64,000 nt of DNA from Bdellovibrionales bacterium (GTDB lineage Bacteria; Bdellovibrionota; Bdellovibrionia; Bdellovibrionales; JAKFYE01), in NCBI GenBank assembly GCA_021731045.1, contig JAKFYE010000018.1:3310-67309 (forward strand), given 5' to 3'. The translations under genes and the position numbers were made by a program. Positions 48,451 through 58,878 of the stretch are shown here, piece by piece (positions within the stretch are counted from its first letter, which is position 1; each line of letters begins with the position of its first letter). The notes below the pieces were generated by a model. The model had not been told where the DNA came from and did no database searches. It was given only the letters and a program-made list of their open reading frames with translations.

Positions 48451-49461
48451 ATGAGAAAAATACTCTGTCTAGTCGCGGTTTTGATTCTTGTCTTAAGCTG
48501 TACAAAAAAATCTGAAGAGACCTCCTCCCAACAAAAAAAATTTCGTGTCGGATTAGTGTTAGATAAAGGCGGAAAGGACGATAAGTCGTTTAACTCTGCC
48601 GCATTTGCCGGTGCGACGAGAGCGGTCAAAGAATTAAATATAGATTTAAAGGATGTTGAGTCTCCTGACGATTCTGCTTTTGAACCGTCCATGCGCGCGT
48701 TTGCTGAAAAGGGAATGGACTTAATTATTGGGATTGGCTTTTCACAAAAAGATGCACTTTCGAAAGTAGCGCCGCAGTTTCCTAACATCAAATTTGCGGT
48801 GGTAGATGCCGATGTCAAAGGTCCAAACATTATAAGTTTAATGTTCGCTGAACACGAGGGAAGTTACTTGATTGGTTACCTCGCGGGACTTGCCACGCAA
48901 ACAAATGTAGTGGGTTTTATAGGTGGAATGGACATTCCATTAATTCATCGATTTGAACTAGGCTACCAAGAAGGTGTTAAAGCGGCGAATCCCAAAGTTA
49001 AAGTACTGGTGAATTATGCAGGCATCACGAGCGATGCATGGGCAAATCCAAGCCGTGGAAAAGAACTAGCTTTAACGCAAATTGCAAACAAGGCTGATAT
49101 TATTTTTCATGCGGCAGGAGCTACTGGAATGGGTGTTTTTGATGCGGTTGAAGAAAAACAAAAACTTGCGATCGGAGTGGATTCTAATCAAAACTGGGTA
49201 AAGCCAGGCCGTGTGCTTTCAAGTATGTTGAAACGTGTCGACATCGCCGTTTTTGACGTGATCGAACGCACCAAAAACGGGCAATACGTTGCAGGAACAA
49301 AATCATTTGGACTTGCCGATAAGGGAATCGACTACGCGATTGATACCAATAATGAAAAGCTCATCGAACCTTACAAAGCCAAACTCGAAGCCATGCGCGA
49401 AAAAATAATTAAAGGTGAAGTGAGAGTTTCAGATTACTATGTTATCAGAAAAACAAAATAA
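48451..49461 (+). CDS. BMP-family (Med/PnrA-like) ABC substrate-binding lipoprotein
   Basis: Lipobox VLSC. VGLVLDKGGKDDKSFNSAAFAG is the typical BMP N-terminal motif. Confidence 0.85.
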   Translation: MRKILCLVAVLILVLSCTKKSEETSSQQKKFRVGLVLDKGGKDDKSFNSAAFAGATRAVKELNIDLKDVESPDDSAFEPSMRAFAEKGMDLIIGIGFSQKDALSKVAPQFPNIKFAVVDADVKGPNIISLMFAEHEGSYLIGYLAGLATQTNVVGFIGGMDIPLIHRFELGYQEGVKAANPKVKVLVNYAGITSDAWANPSRGKELALTQIANKADIIFHAAGATGMGVFDAVEEKQKLAIGVDSNQNWVKPGRVLSSMLKRVDIAVFDVIERTKNGQYVAGTKSFGLADKGIDYAIDTNNEKLIEPYKAKLEAMREKIIKGEVRVSDYYVIRKTK

Positions 49462-50953
49462 TTTTGTTATCGAGACCCGCAATCTCACAAAAAAGTTTGG
49501 CGCTTTTGAAGCGCTTTCAAACGTCTCGTTAAAAATTAAATCGGGCTCAATTCACGCGATTTTAGGAGAGAATGGGGCGGGTAAAACCACATTGCTCAAA
49601 CATTTATTTGGTCTTCTTCGGCCAAATAGAGGTGAGATTCTCTACAACGGCTCAGTAGTGAACTGGAAGAGCCCTCTCGAAGCCATTACAAATGGCATCG
49701 GTATGGTTCAACAACATTTTACTTTAGTCGAAGAGTTGTCTGCTTTAGATAATATTATTTTAGGAGCCGAGCCTTGTCATTTCGGAAAGATCGATCGTGC
49801 GCAAGCCCTAGCGGATATAGAAAAACTTCTTCCTTCTTCCTTTTTATCTGTTCCTTGGAACGCATTGGTTCAGGATCTTTCGGTGGGACAGAAACAAAAA
49901 ATAGAAATTCTAAAACTTCTTTATAGAAATTCGACGGTCCTTATTCTCGATGAACCTACGGCCGTTTTAGCGCCCCATGAAATTGAAGATTTCTTTCTGC
50001 TTCTGAGAAAGCTCAAGGCTCAGGGTTGTACAATTATTATTATCACTCATAAATTACATGAAGTGTTTTCATTGTGCGATGAAATTTCAGTTTTACGAAA
50101 TGGCAGAGGACTCGGGACGTTTCGAATTACTGAGATTCAATATGATCAAGTCGTAGAATTGATGATTGGTCGCAAGCCTGTACGTTTAACTTCAGATCGT
50201 AAACCCTCTTTGGCGAGTGTCACGCTTGAGTGCAAAGATTTGAGACAGGTAAAAGCACAAAGAGGCGGACTCAAAAATGTCTCGCTTCTTATTAAAACCG
50301 GAGAAATCGTAGGCATCGCGGGCGTTGAAGGCAGCGGACAATCTAATTTTGTCGAAGTGTTACTGGGCCTACAACGCTTTGAGGGTACTTTGAAATTCTT
50401 TAATCAAACCTTGTCTGATATTTCATCAGGGGAGTTACGTCAAAAAATAGGATTAATACCTGAAGACCGTTTGCACCAAGGTCTTTGGTCTCAAGAGAGT
50501 AGTTATCACAATTTGATTATAGGACTTGAGTTTCAATTCGCAAAAATGGGTTGGATGAGTGAGACCCAAATTAAAAAAATAACGCCCCAGTGGGCAAATG
50601 AACTTGATGTGCGTGCTTCGTCTCTTGACGTGGCGGTTGGCTCATTAAGCGGTGGTAATCAACAAAAAATTATTCTTGCCAGGGAAACTCGAGGTAAAGA
50701 CGCACAGTTTTTAATTTGCCATCATCCAACACGCGGTGTGGATCTTGGCGCGATAGAGTTAATACACAAAGAGTTTTTGCGACTGCGTAATGAAAATCAT
50801 AGTCTTTTAGTTTTGAGTTCAGATTTAGACGAACTCTTTGCACTTTGCGATCGCATTTACGTTATGTTTGATGGTCAAATCGTACATGAAATTTCACGTT
50901 CTAAGTTTGATGCACTCGAGATCGGTCGTTACATGACAGGAGCGACGGTATGA
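49439..50953 (+). CDS. ABC transporter ATP-binding protein (duplicated ATPase, nucleoside/sugar type)
   Basis: Walker A GENGAGKTT, signature LSVGQKQK, Walker B LILDEPT. The second half carries LSGGNQQK. Confidence 0.9.
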   Translation: MLSEKQNNFVIETRNLTKKFGAFEALSNVSLKIKSGSIHAILGENGAGKTTLLKHLFGLLRPNRGEILYNGSVVNWKSPLEAITNGIGMVQQHFTLVEELSALDNIILGAEPCHFGKIDRAQALADIEKLLPSSFLSVPWNALVQDLSVGQKQKIEILKLLYRNSTVLILDEPTAVLAPHEIEDFFLLLRKLKAQGCTIIIITHKLHEVFSLCDEISVLRNGRGLGTFRITEIQYDQVVELMIGRKPVRLTSDRKPSLASVTLECKDLRQVKAQRGGLKNVSLLIKTGEIVGIAGVEGSGQSNFVEVLLGLQRFEGTLKFFNQTLSDISSGELRQKIGLIPEDRLHQGLWSQESSYHNLIIGLEFQFAKMGWMSETQIKKITPQWANELDVRASSLDVAVGSLSGGNQQKIILARETRGKDAQFLICHHPTRGVDLGAIELIHKEFLRLRNENHSLLVLSSDLDELFALCDRIYVMFDGQIVHEISRSKFDALEIGRYMTGATV

Positions 50954-52011
50954 AAAAGATGATGAGATCATCGTTCGCTTTTTCACTCTTTTCTCTCGCC
51001 ATCGGTTTACTTGCAGCTTCAGTCGTTGCAATTTTGGTTGGCGAAGGCCCGCTACAGGTCATTAGTATTTTAATTGAAGGGGCTTTTGGATCGCTGACGA
51101 ATCTTGGATATTCTTTATACTACGCAACGCCGTTGATTTTGACCGGTCTTAGCGTGAGTTGGGCATTTCGAGCAGGTCTATTTAATATTGGCGCTGAAGG
51201 ACAAATGGCTTTGGGCGGGCTGACAATGACGTGGGTGGGTTTAAGTCTCTCTGAGCAGCCTCCCATTTTAGTTTTGATCGTAGCTTTGATTTGCGCATTT
51301 TTTGTTGGCGGAATATGGGGTGCGATCGCAGGATGGATGAAAGCTTATCGTGACGCCCATGAAGTGCTCGCCACGATATTACTTAATTACGTCGCGTACG
51401 GAATTGTCAGTTTCTTTATTGCTTTTCCGTTGAGAAATGTGGAGAGCCAATCTCCCGAAAGTCGGAGTTTGATTCCTGAGCTAAAACTGACAACGCTTTC
51501 TTTTTTAGGGGGACAAAGTCCGCTGAACTCCGCTTTTATTTTTTCACTAGCGATCGCGATTCTCGCGGGCCTGGTATTGAGAAAAACCATTTTTGGTTTT
51601 CGCACACGCTTAGTCGGGGAGGCGCCTGGCACGGCAGTGCGCTCGGGTGTTCCAATTAAAAAGTACACGGTTCTAGGAATGTTTATTGCCGGTGGATTTG
51701 CCGGCCTAGCCGGAATAAATGAAATTTTTGGTTCATCTTTAAAACTCCATGAAGGCTTTATGGCCAACGCTGGGTTTGTTGGAATTACCGTCGCACTTTT
51801 AGGTCGTAATTCTATTGTCGGAATTATTTTATCTGCAATTTTATTTGGTGCTCTTCAAAAAGGGGCACTGGCTCTTGATATGGAGACCGATAAAATTACG
51901 CGCGACCTCGCCCTTGTGATTCAAGCGTTTATAATATTTTTTATCGTGAGTGAAAAAGGCCTGCGTACTTTGCTCGATCATATACAAATACGAAGAGGTC
52001 AAAATGAATGA
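50950..52011 (+). CDS. ABC transporter permease (BMP/ribose-type)
   Basis: Polytopic membrane protein. 4-nt overlap with the ATPase gene. Confidence 0.85.
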   Translation: MKKMMRSSFAFSLFSLAIGLLAASVVAILVGEGPLQVISILIEGAFGSLTNLGYSLYYATPLILTGLSVSWAFRAGLFNIGAEGQMALGGLTMTWVGLSLSEQPPILVLIVALICAFFVGGIWGAIAGWMKAYRDAHEVLATILLNYVAYGIVSFFIAFPLRNVESQSPESRSLIPELKLTTLSFLGGQSPLNSAFIFSLAIAILAGLVLRKTIFGFRTRLVGEAPGTAVRSGVPIKKYTVLGMFIAGGFAGLAGINEIFGSSLKLHEGFMANAGFVGITVALLGRNSIVGIILSAILFGALQKGALALDMETDKITRDLALVIQAFIIFFIVSEKGLRTLLDHIQIRRGQNE

Positions 52012-52870
52012 CATTTTGATGAGTACCTTAAGATTGTCCGTGCCACTCATATTTGCCGCATACGGTGGGATGCTGAGCGAGAGATCCGGTATCGCCAATA
52101 TAGGCCTTGAATCTTATTTGCTCGTATCAGCTTTCGTGGCCGCGGCGACGACGTATTTAACAGGAAATTTATTTTTAGGCTGCCTTTGTGCGATTGTCGC
52201 GACATCTCTGTTGGGCGCTTTGTTTGCCTCTATTTGCATTTGGGGACGAGGCGATCAAATAGTTGTGGGAACCGCCATGAACTTAATGGCTGCCGGTCTT
52301 ATTCCTATCGCAACTAAATATTTATTTGATGTGACGGGTTCAACGCCCTCTTTGCCAATAGAACTTCGACTCTCTCATCCACTTGTCTTCTTATCTGTAG
52401 CGATCGTTTGTACGATGGGGTTACATTATATGTTTAAATATTTACGTCACGGACTTCGTATTCAAGCGGCCGGTCATAATCCGCTGACGCTCCTAACTCA
52501 AGGGGTCGCATTTGATATTTTGCGCTTGCGCGCGGTCGTTGAAGGGGCTGCGATTGCGTCGTTAGGTGGAATATATTTAAGCCTCTGCATGTCGAGTGGT
52601 TACATTCGTAATATGTCTGCCGGACGAGGTTTTTTGGCGCTTGCCGCATTAATTTTTGGATCATGGAAACCTATTCCAACTTTTCTTGCCTGCTTATTTT
52701 TTGGATTTACCGATTCTATTCAAATTCGTCTTCAGGGTATTCAGTGGAATGGAAAACCAATACCGAATCAATTTGTTCAAATTTTGCCGTTTGTTTTTAC
52801 TTTGGTGTTACTTGTCGCGTTTTCAAGTCGCATGAAAGCTCCGAAAGCAATTAATCAAGATATTCGTTAG
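52004..52870 (+). CDS. ABC transporter permease (second subunit)
   Basis: ATG 52004 overlaps the upstream stop (ATGAATGA). Polytopic membrane protein. Confidence 0.85.
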   Translation: MNDILMSTLRLSVPLIFAAYGGMLSERSGIANIGLESYLLVSAFVAAATTYLTGNLFLGCLCAIVATSLLGALFASICIWGRGDQIVVGTAMNLMAAGLIPIATKYLFDVTGSTPSLPIELRLSHPLVFLSVAIVCTMGLHYMFKYLRHGLRIQAAGHNPLTLLTQGVAFDILRLRAVVEGAAIASLGGIYLSLCMSSGYIRNMSAGRGFLALAALIFGSWKPIPTFLACLFFGFTDSIQIRLQGIQWNGKPIPNQFVQILPFVFTLVLLVAFSSRMKAPKAINQDIR

Positions 52871-52884
52871 ATAAACTGAGAGCA

Positions 52885-53598
52885 CTAAGTTTTAGACGTG
52901 CACTCCAAAATATGATGTTCCGTCGGTGTCATAGACCAAAGAGTGTAGCTACAATTTGATCCCACTATAATATCTTTAGTTTCGTGATCAATCACGACTT
53001 CACCTTTTAAGTTTTCTACGCGCGCAATTAAGTCTTCATTGCTCAAGGGATATTTTATATTAATCAGATCCTGAAAAAGGGGGCGAGGGCCGGTTAATGT
53101 AAGACGATCGTGAAAAGAAAATATATTTTTATTATAAAGAAGTTGATGAAACTCCTTCTTCCATAAGTCGAGCGCGACCGAGTTTTTCCAGGTAAGCGGA
53201 TATAAAAAAGGAAGTTGTCCTAAAATATTACAAAAAACAATTTTTGAATCTGGATGCGTTTTTAAAAAGGATTCAGTTGCATGGATATTCAGTTTTTGCC
53301 GATCTAACGAGAATACATCTTGAGTGTGGCATTTTATATATCGCCCATGACGCCATCGAATTAAAAGTGGAGACAGCGGGTCAATGTCCACACAAGACAC
53401 CTGAGATGCGAGTTTTAAAATTTTTGTATCAAGCAGATATCCGGCACTAGGGCCCACCAGTAAGATTTTTTTTGAGATAGCAAAATCACGCAAACGCGCA
53501 GAGATAAAATCACGAGTGGGCCTCCAGAGTTTGGAGGCGTAGCGCACTCCTAAGTAATGATAAAAAATTCCACCCGAAAGTGAGGCCATGCCATACAT
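52885..53598 (-). CDS. hypothetical protein (possible Rossmann-fold / methyltransferase-like)
   Basis: ILLVGPSAGYLLD followed by VDIDP resembles a nucleotide-binding beta-alpha-beta motif. Weak evidence. Confidence 0.45.
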   Translation of the reverse strand: MYGMASLSGGIFYHYLGVRYASKLWRPTRDFISARLRDFAISKKILLVGPSAGYLLDTKILKLASQVSCVDIDPLSPLLIRWRHGRYIKCHTQDVFSLDRQKLNIHATESFLKTHPDSKIVFCNILGQLPFLYPLTWKNSVALDLWKKEFHQLLYNKNIFSFHDRLTLTGPRPLFQDLINIKYPLSNEDLIARVENLKGEVVIDHETKDIIVGSNCSYTLWSMTPTEHHILECTSKT

Positions 53599-53727
53599 AA
53601 AAACCGTCTTTCTTACGCAACTATAAATTTATTATTCAAGGCGCTAAGATGAAAAGCAAGTCTATGACGAGAACACAGACCTTTACACGTTTAAGTCCTA
53701 TGCTAAGATGACACATAAATTAAAAAA

Positions 53728-54540
53728 TTGTCTAAGGAGTTCAGTATCAATTTCTATTTTTTGAAACTTTTTACCGTTTTAAAGCTTTTGCTTATAGCGA
53801 TGCTCATTATAGGTTTTTTTGTGATTATGCCCATTTTATGGGGTTTATTTTTTTGGAATCAGAGACTTCAGCAATCTGTATTGAATCGAGCCGTAAGCTG
53901 GATAGCAATTTTTATTTTATTCGTGTTGAATATAAAAGTTCAGACATCTTCTGAATTACGTAAAGAACTTAAAACAAATGCACTTATAGTATCTAATCAT
54001 CTTTCGTATATTGATATTCTAGCGCTCTCGAGTCAGGCCCCAATGTGTTTCGTCACTTCGGTCGAAATGAAAGAAACAGCTTTTCTTGGTTGGATCGTTC
54101 GTTTAGCGGGCTGTCTTTTTGTAAATCGTAAAAATAAACGCAATTTAAGTTCTGAAGTTCAAGAAATTACAGATGCTTTAATTTCGGGCCATCATGTTGT
54201 GATTTTCCCAGAAGCTAAAAGCACAAATGGATCGCACTTGCTCAAATTTAGATCTCCACTTTTTAATGCTGCTTTGGATGCAAAAATCGATATTAAGAAT
54301 ATTGCCATTAATTATGAACAAATCGATGGTCAGCCGGTGAGCGCCGCAAATCGGGATATTGTTTGTTGGTACGACGACATGAGTTTTACGAAGCATATTT
54401 TTAAACTCTGTGATTCGCGCAGCATTAGCGTCACAATATCGGAAGGAGTAAGGTTTTCGGCTTCAAGTTCGTCGTCTTCCAAAGAACTGGCTAAGAAAAG
54501 TTTTGAAGAAATATCCAAAATTTATAAACCGTTGATATAG
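53728..54540 (+). CDS. lysophospholipid (1-acyl-sn-glycerol-3-phosphate) acyltransferase family protein
   Basis: HX4D motif VSNHLSYIDIL, FPEAKSTNG, and an N-terminal TM anchor. TTG start as given by the ORF track; the true start is uncertain. Confidence 0.75.
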   Translation: MSKEFSINFYFLKLFTVLKLLLIAMLIIGFFVIMPILWGLFFWNQRLQQSVLNRAVSWIAIFILFVLNIKVQTSSELRKELKTNALIVSNHLSYIDILALSSQAPMCFVTSVEMKETAFLGWIVRLAGCLFVNRKNKRNLSSEVQEITDALISGHHVVIFPEAKSTNGSHLLKFRSPLFNAALDAKIDIKNIAINYEQIDGQPVSAANRDIVCWYDDMSFTKHIFKLCDSRSISVTISEGVRFSASSSSSSKELAKKSFEEISKIYKPLI

Positions 54541-54648
54541 AGGGGCGTCGCACGGGTACGGTTGAGGTTTTTATTTTTAAATCGACCCTCTTTTTTAATA
54601 CCGATCTAGAGTTCGATGAAGTATTCTGAGGACAAGTTGGGGCCTAGT

Positions 54649-55167
54649 ATGCGCAAAGATGTCGGGCAAATAGCAGTCTGTGTGGGTATTTTTTTTATTT
54701 ATGTACAGGCGTGGGCCCAAGAGTCTTCAGTTTCGTCGTCTTATCCTCGAAAATTTCCCGTAACAGTTGAAATGGGTTACCAGGTCCACACTTTACCTAT
54801 GTCGGGTTCACAAATGATAGGTCCGACATTGATGTACGGTATTACAAAGCATTCACAATTAGGCACGCGATATTTATTAGCTCCTGACGTGGCTTCAGAA
54901 CGCCGCTTGAGTGTTTTTTGGCGAATGACCTATGGATTTCGTCGCGTCAGTTTTGTTTTTGAGCCTCAATATTCGTATTTATGGCGTGCACCTGAAAAAA
55001 ACGGAGAATTTTCTACTACAGGAATTGGGGGTGGGATCAATTTTCAATTGAATTCTCAGTGGTATTTAGGGTCTCTGGTGGGTTTAGAGCAATCAGGTAG
55101 CCCTTTTCCATTCGGTGCTTTTTGGAGTCGGCCTTATCTTCTCATTTTTACTCAGTTTGACTTTTAG
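54649..55167 (+). CDS. exported protein, probable small outer-membrane beta-barrel
   Basis: Signal peptide ending AWAQ. C-terminal FTQFDF ends in Phe. Confidence 0.45.
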   Translation: MRKDVGQIAVCVGIFFIYVQAWAQESSVSSSYPRKFPVTVEMGYQVHTLPMSGSQMIGPTLMYGITKHSQLGTRYLLAPDVASERRLSVFWRMTYGFRRVSFVFEPQYSYLWRAPEKNGEFSTTGIGGGINFQLNSQWYLGSLVGLEQSGSPFPFGAFWSRPYLLIFTQFDF

Positions 55168-55232
55168 ATATATCAGTTCCAATTCAGATTGGACTTGCGC
55201 TAGGGGTCCTACCGCGCGGTAGAATAAAAGTG

Positions 55233-57536
55233 ATGAAGAAGTCAGTTTTCGTCATCGAAGACGATCCGAAGTTCATGGCCGAGATCAAAGAAGCCATTGC
55301 ACAAATCAATCCTGATCTTGAAATTCGTGCTTTTACAGATCTTCGGTTATTTTTGACTTGGATCAAGGAAGTTGTAAATAAAGCAAAAGCTCCACCTGTT
55401 GTGGCTCCAGCAGCTACAGATGCAACCGCCACAAATCCAAAAACACCATCGGAAAACGAAAAAGCGGCTTCGACAACAGTCGCCACTGGACCTACGGCCG
55501 GAAGCGCGCCAGAAGTTCCAGCCGCAGCCCCTGATTCAAAAAAGGCTTCTGCAGAGACATCCATCGAAAATAAGCCGCTCGAAACTCCGGTGGTGACTAC
55601 AAATTCTGCTCCAGCAGCCATCGAAAAAAATAATAAAGAGTCCGACGCAACTGCAAAATCCGATGAGGCTTCAAAGTCTGAGCCGGCGGCCACACCGGAA
55701 GTTCAAGATGATGGCGTCACGCCACCTACGCTTCCATCTACGAGCATTGAAGATTTGAGTGTGGATTTGCTTATCTGTAGTGCGGAACTTTTAAAAGAAA
55801 ACGAATTCCAGTTATTACAAAAAACATTACAATTTTTTACTTCAAAAAAACTTTGTACGATAGAAAAACCAACGGCATTCGTACTTACGGCATTTGATAA
55901 CGACCACTTCGATTTTACTAAATTTGAAAATCAAATAGTGGCGAATGTTATTTTTAAACCCTTCGATAAACTTATTTTGCGGGAGCATATCCGTATCGCT
56001 TTATTGGGAATAACTGCTGATACCGCAGGAGAAGTCTATAAGCAAAAAACTAAATCTAAAATTGAAATGTTAAAAGATGTACATCTCGAATCTATTTCAG
56101 AGTTAGGGTTCAGTACGATTGCAGATGGCGAGATTAAACCGGGGGCGCAATCAAAGTATTACGGAAAAATTTTCCAAGCGGGGACTTTGCCTTTCGTGCA
56201 CGCTAAAGTTGTTTCGAGTGTGCCGATTGCGGATAGGCCAAAACAATTTAAGTGTGAATTTGCATTTACAAATATTCAAAATAACCAGATCTCAGCGATA
56301 CGCAAACTCGTAAAATCCGATAAAAATCATAAGGCGGATATAATAAAAGTCGTTAAAGAAGTTCCTAAATATATTTATAGCATATTAGTGATTTCGCCTC
56401 GAGGTGCACCGTCTCCGAGGTCAAGCCTTGAAAATGTGTTTTCAAATATAACGTTTACCGAATACCCAGACTTTACGAGTTTTGCGACTGATTTGGATCC
56501 CGGAGCAAAGTCTTTAGGTGGTGATGAGAAAAACAAAGATAAGTTTTTACCTTTTCCGGCACAAGGAAAAATTCTATTTGATTCAAAGATGATTAAAATC
56601 GTAGGATTTGAGCCCGGAGCCGCCGATACGGCGAATATCCTTGGTATTCCGGTTAAGCAGGCCATGCAAACAGACAGCTTTCTTCATCAAAGAATATATA
56701 ATGACGACCGCAATAAGTGGATTAATTTGTGTAAAACACAGATGAAGCCACAAGAAGCTGCTGACATTTATCGATTTAAAGGACCAGATGACAATCTTGC
56801 GTTTATTAAAGTCCTCTCTTTACAACCTTTAAAGCATGAGAAGCTGGGAGATGTATTAGCCCTCGATATTATTGAATGTACAGAGGGAGAAAAGATCGCT
56901 TTTTTACTAAAATTGAGTCGTTTGCCAGCAACTATAGATGCTTTGTTTGTTGATTCGGCCTTTTTAGGTGAAGCCTATGCGACACGCTGGCAAGTGATTA
57001 CGACGCTCGTCAATGAGCGAAATAAAAAAGCCAACTCGCCACCAACAAAACTCTTTTTTGTTTCGGATAAAATTATTTCTTCCGATGAGGTTTTGGAGTT
57101 ACAGGCGCCCATTGATGATATTTTTATGAAACCCCTCGATGGTGGTTATTTTATAAAAAAAATGAGAATGATTTTTGATAAACTTTTACTGAAAGACCAG
57201 GATATGGAAATATCCAGTACCATCGATCATACTCTTATCAAAGTAGCTCAGCCTGTAATCGCAGAAGAGGTAGCAGAAACCGGGATGGCCATTATTTATC
57301 ACCGCGCCATTGGTTTAGGAAACTTTCGTAAGGTGTGTTTGACCCTGCCTCACGAAATAGGCTTGCCTGAGTTTTTAGGTTCGTGTTCGGCCGTTGAAGA
57401 AATTGAATTAGAAACTAAGAAGAAAGCCTACCTTTGTCGATTTGTCTTTTTTGGTGTTCGTGATGCATCTTTAAAACATATTCGTCGCTGGATAAAAGAT
57501 TATTACGTCTCAACAAAAGAAGTCGAAGGCGGTTAA
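55233..57536 (+). CDS. large receiver-like (REC) multidomain protein with a Pro/Ala/Thr-rich insertion
   Basis: SVFVIEDDPKF...EIRAFTD (beta1-beta2), a ~110-aa low-complexity PAT-rich stretch, then VDLLICSAELL, AFVLTAFDN and IFKPFDKLILREHI (beta3-beta5-like). The C-terminal 500 aa are unassigned. Confidence 0.6.
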   Translation: MKKSVFVIEDDPKFMAEIKEAIAQINPDLEIRAFTDLRLFLTWIKEVVNKAKAPPVVAPAATDATATNPKTPSENEKAASTTVATGPTAGSAPEVPAAAPDSKKASAETSIENKPLETPVVTTNSAPAAIEKNNKESDATAKSDEASKSEPAATPEVQDDGVTPPTLPSTSIEDLSVDLLICSAELLKENEFQLLQKTLQFFTSKKLCTIEKPTAFVLTAFDNDHFDFTKFENQIVANVIFKPFDKLILREHIRIALLGITADTAGEVYKQKTKSKIEMLKDVHLESISELGFSTIADGEIKPGAQSKYYGKIFQAGTLPFVHAKVVSSVPIADRPKQFKCEFAFTNIQNNQISAIRKLVKSDKNHKADIIKVVKEVPKYIYSILVISPRGAPSPRSSLENVFSNITFTEYPDFTSFATDLDPGAKSLGGDEKNKDKFLPFPAQGKILFDSKMIKIVGFEPGAADTANILGIPVKQAMQTDSFLHQRIYNDDRNKWINLCKTQMKPQEAADIYRFKGPDDNLAFIKVLSLQPLKHEKLGDVLALDIIECTEGEKIAFLLKLSRLPATIDALFVDSAFLGEAYATRWQVITTLVNERNKKANSPPTKLFFVSDKIISSDEVLELQAPIDDIFMKPLDGGYFIKKMRMIFDKLLLKDQDMEISSTIDHTLIKVAQPVIAEEVAETGMAIIYHRAIGLGNFRKVCLTLPHEIGLPEFLGSCSAVEEIELETKKKAYLCRFVFFGVRDASLKHIRRWIKDYYVSTKEVEGG

Positions 57537-57576
57537 ATCTTTTTAAAATTTGAATTGTCAGACATACGCCAATAAA

Positions 57577-58392
57577 CTAGTGAATAAAAATAAGCGAAAT
57601 CAAACCCGATAAAATTACGACAGCGGCACTCATTAAAGGTGCATAAGCCGGAATCCACATAAATCGATCTGATTTTTTAAACTGGTTGATTCCGGTGACA
57701 ACGGCGAGTCCAATCCCAACGAGAGTGATCGCCAACCCAATACTGAAACCCGCAACCGTTATAAATCCGGAAACATATTCGCCGACAGAAAGCGCCAACA
57801 ACATAACCGTGATTGAGGCTGGGCAGGGGATCATGCCACCTGCGGCACCAAATGCCATAATTTGAGCGCGCGAAGGACGTTCACCTCTTTTTACATACTC
57901 AGGAATCGTGGCGGCATGTGCTCGGGCATGCTCATCGTCACTCATAGCGCTGTGATCATGATCATGCGTCGTCCGATGATGATGAACATGATCGTGATCA
58001 TGGTGGTGTTCATGAGAGTGATGATGGGTTTCATCGTGAACGCCATGATGCGCCTGAAGCTTTTGTTTTTTCATAATTTTTAATCTTTTAAACAACATCC
58101 AGAAACCCAGCAAAATAACGAGGACACCACTGCCGATTTGCAACCAGTACATAACATCATTCGTAAAAGTTTCTCGACCTAACCAAAGCGCTGCGACACA
58201 TAATGCAACAACGACGGCGCTATGTGTAATCGCGACGGAAAGTCCTAGAAGCCAAGCATCTTTTTTATTGCCTTTTATTCCTATTAAATAAGCTGCAGTT
58301 AAAGTTTTGGCATGACCAGGCTCAAGCGCATGAAGCGCGCCCAATATCAATGCGGTGGGAAAATAAAACCAAGAGAATGGATTGTCGGTCAT
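57577..58392 (-). CDS. rcnA: RcnA/NicO-family nickel/cobalt efflux transporter
   Basis: LHALEPGHAKT signature, His-rich loop HHGVHDETHHHSHEHHHDHDHVHHHRTTHDHDH, and six TM segments. Confidence 0.8.
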   Translation of the reverse strand: MTDNPFSWFYFPTALILGALHALEPGHAKTLTAAYLIGIKGNKKDAWLLGLSVAITHSAVVVALCVAALWLGRETFTNDVMYWLQIGSGVLVILLGFWMLFKRLKIMKKQKLQAHHGVHDETHHHSHEHHHDHDHVHHHRTTHDHDHSAMSDDEHARAHAATIPEYVKRGERPSRAQIMAFGAAGGMIPCPASITVMLLALSVGEYVSGFITVAGFSIGLAITLVGIGLAVVTGINQFKKSDRFMWIPAYAPLMSAAVVILSGLISLIFIH

Positions 58393-58566
58393 TTTATTCC
58401 TTTGTGTTTATTCTAATCTCCAAATTTGCCACAAAAAAAGGAAAAACGCCACGCACTTCAAGATCACAACGCTCTACATTCGTTTGAAGCTTTGGCATTG
58501 GAGTTGCTCAATATCAGGTTAAGCAATTGCAAAAAGATATGAACTACAAACGCAACGGAGGAAAAC

Positions 58567-58839
58567 ATGGGTAACGAAACAATGTTCAATGACAAAGAAG
58601 ATAAAAATTTTAGAAGTGCTGGTGGTCAAGGCGGAGTAGAGAGAGAAGGCGGAGCAAAAACTCGTCAAACTTCTCCGAGAGAAGACGCTCGCGACATCGA
58701 CACTGATGAAGAAGACATGGACAGCCAAGAGCCAACACGTCGTGCTGGCCAACAAAGAGACAATACGGAAGCTCCGTCACGTGCGGACCGAGATCGTTCA
58801 AACTCATCTCAAGCAAAAACACAGTCATCAGATGTGTAA
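58567..58839 (+). CDS. small hydrophilic, probably disordered protein
   Basis: GGAGG RBS-like sequence (58558-58562) upstream of the ATG and a terminator directly downstream. Composition rich in D/E/R/Q/S. No family recognised. Confidence 0.4.
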   Translation: MGNETMFNDKEDKNFRSAGGQGGVEREGGAKTRQTSPREDARDIDTDEEDMDSQEPTRRAGQQRDNTEAPSRADRDRSNSSQAKTQSSDV

Positions 58840-58845
58840 TCACCC

Positions 58846-58878
58846 TAAAGGGCATAGCGAATTCCGCTGTGCCCTTTA
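58846..58878 (+). terminator. rho-independent terminator-like hairpin
   Basis: TAAAGGGCATAGCG-AATTC-CGCTGTGCCCTTTA forms a 14-bp stem with one G-U pair, followed by TCTTT. Confidence 0.5.

Noticed and set aside
48243-48830. 195-aa minus-strand ORF
   Set aside because: It overlaps the ampG 5' end and is antisense to the well-supported BMP lipoprotein gene. No motif is present.
55184-55693. 169-aa minus-strand ORF
   Set aside because: It lies antisense to the Pro/Ala/Thr-rich low-complexity segment of the 767-aa gene. Its Ala/Ser/Gly-rich translation is the typical mirror artefact.
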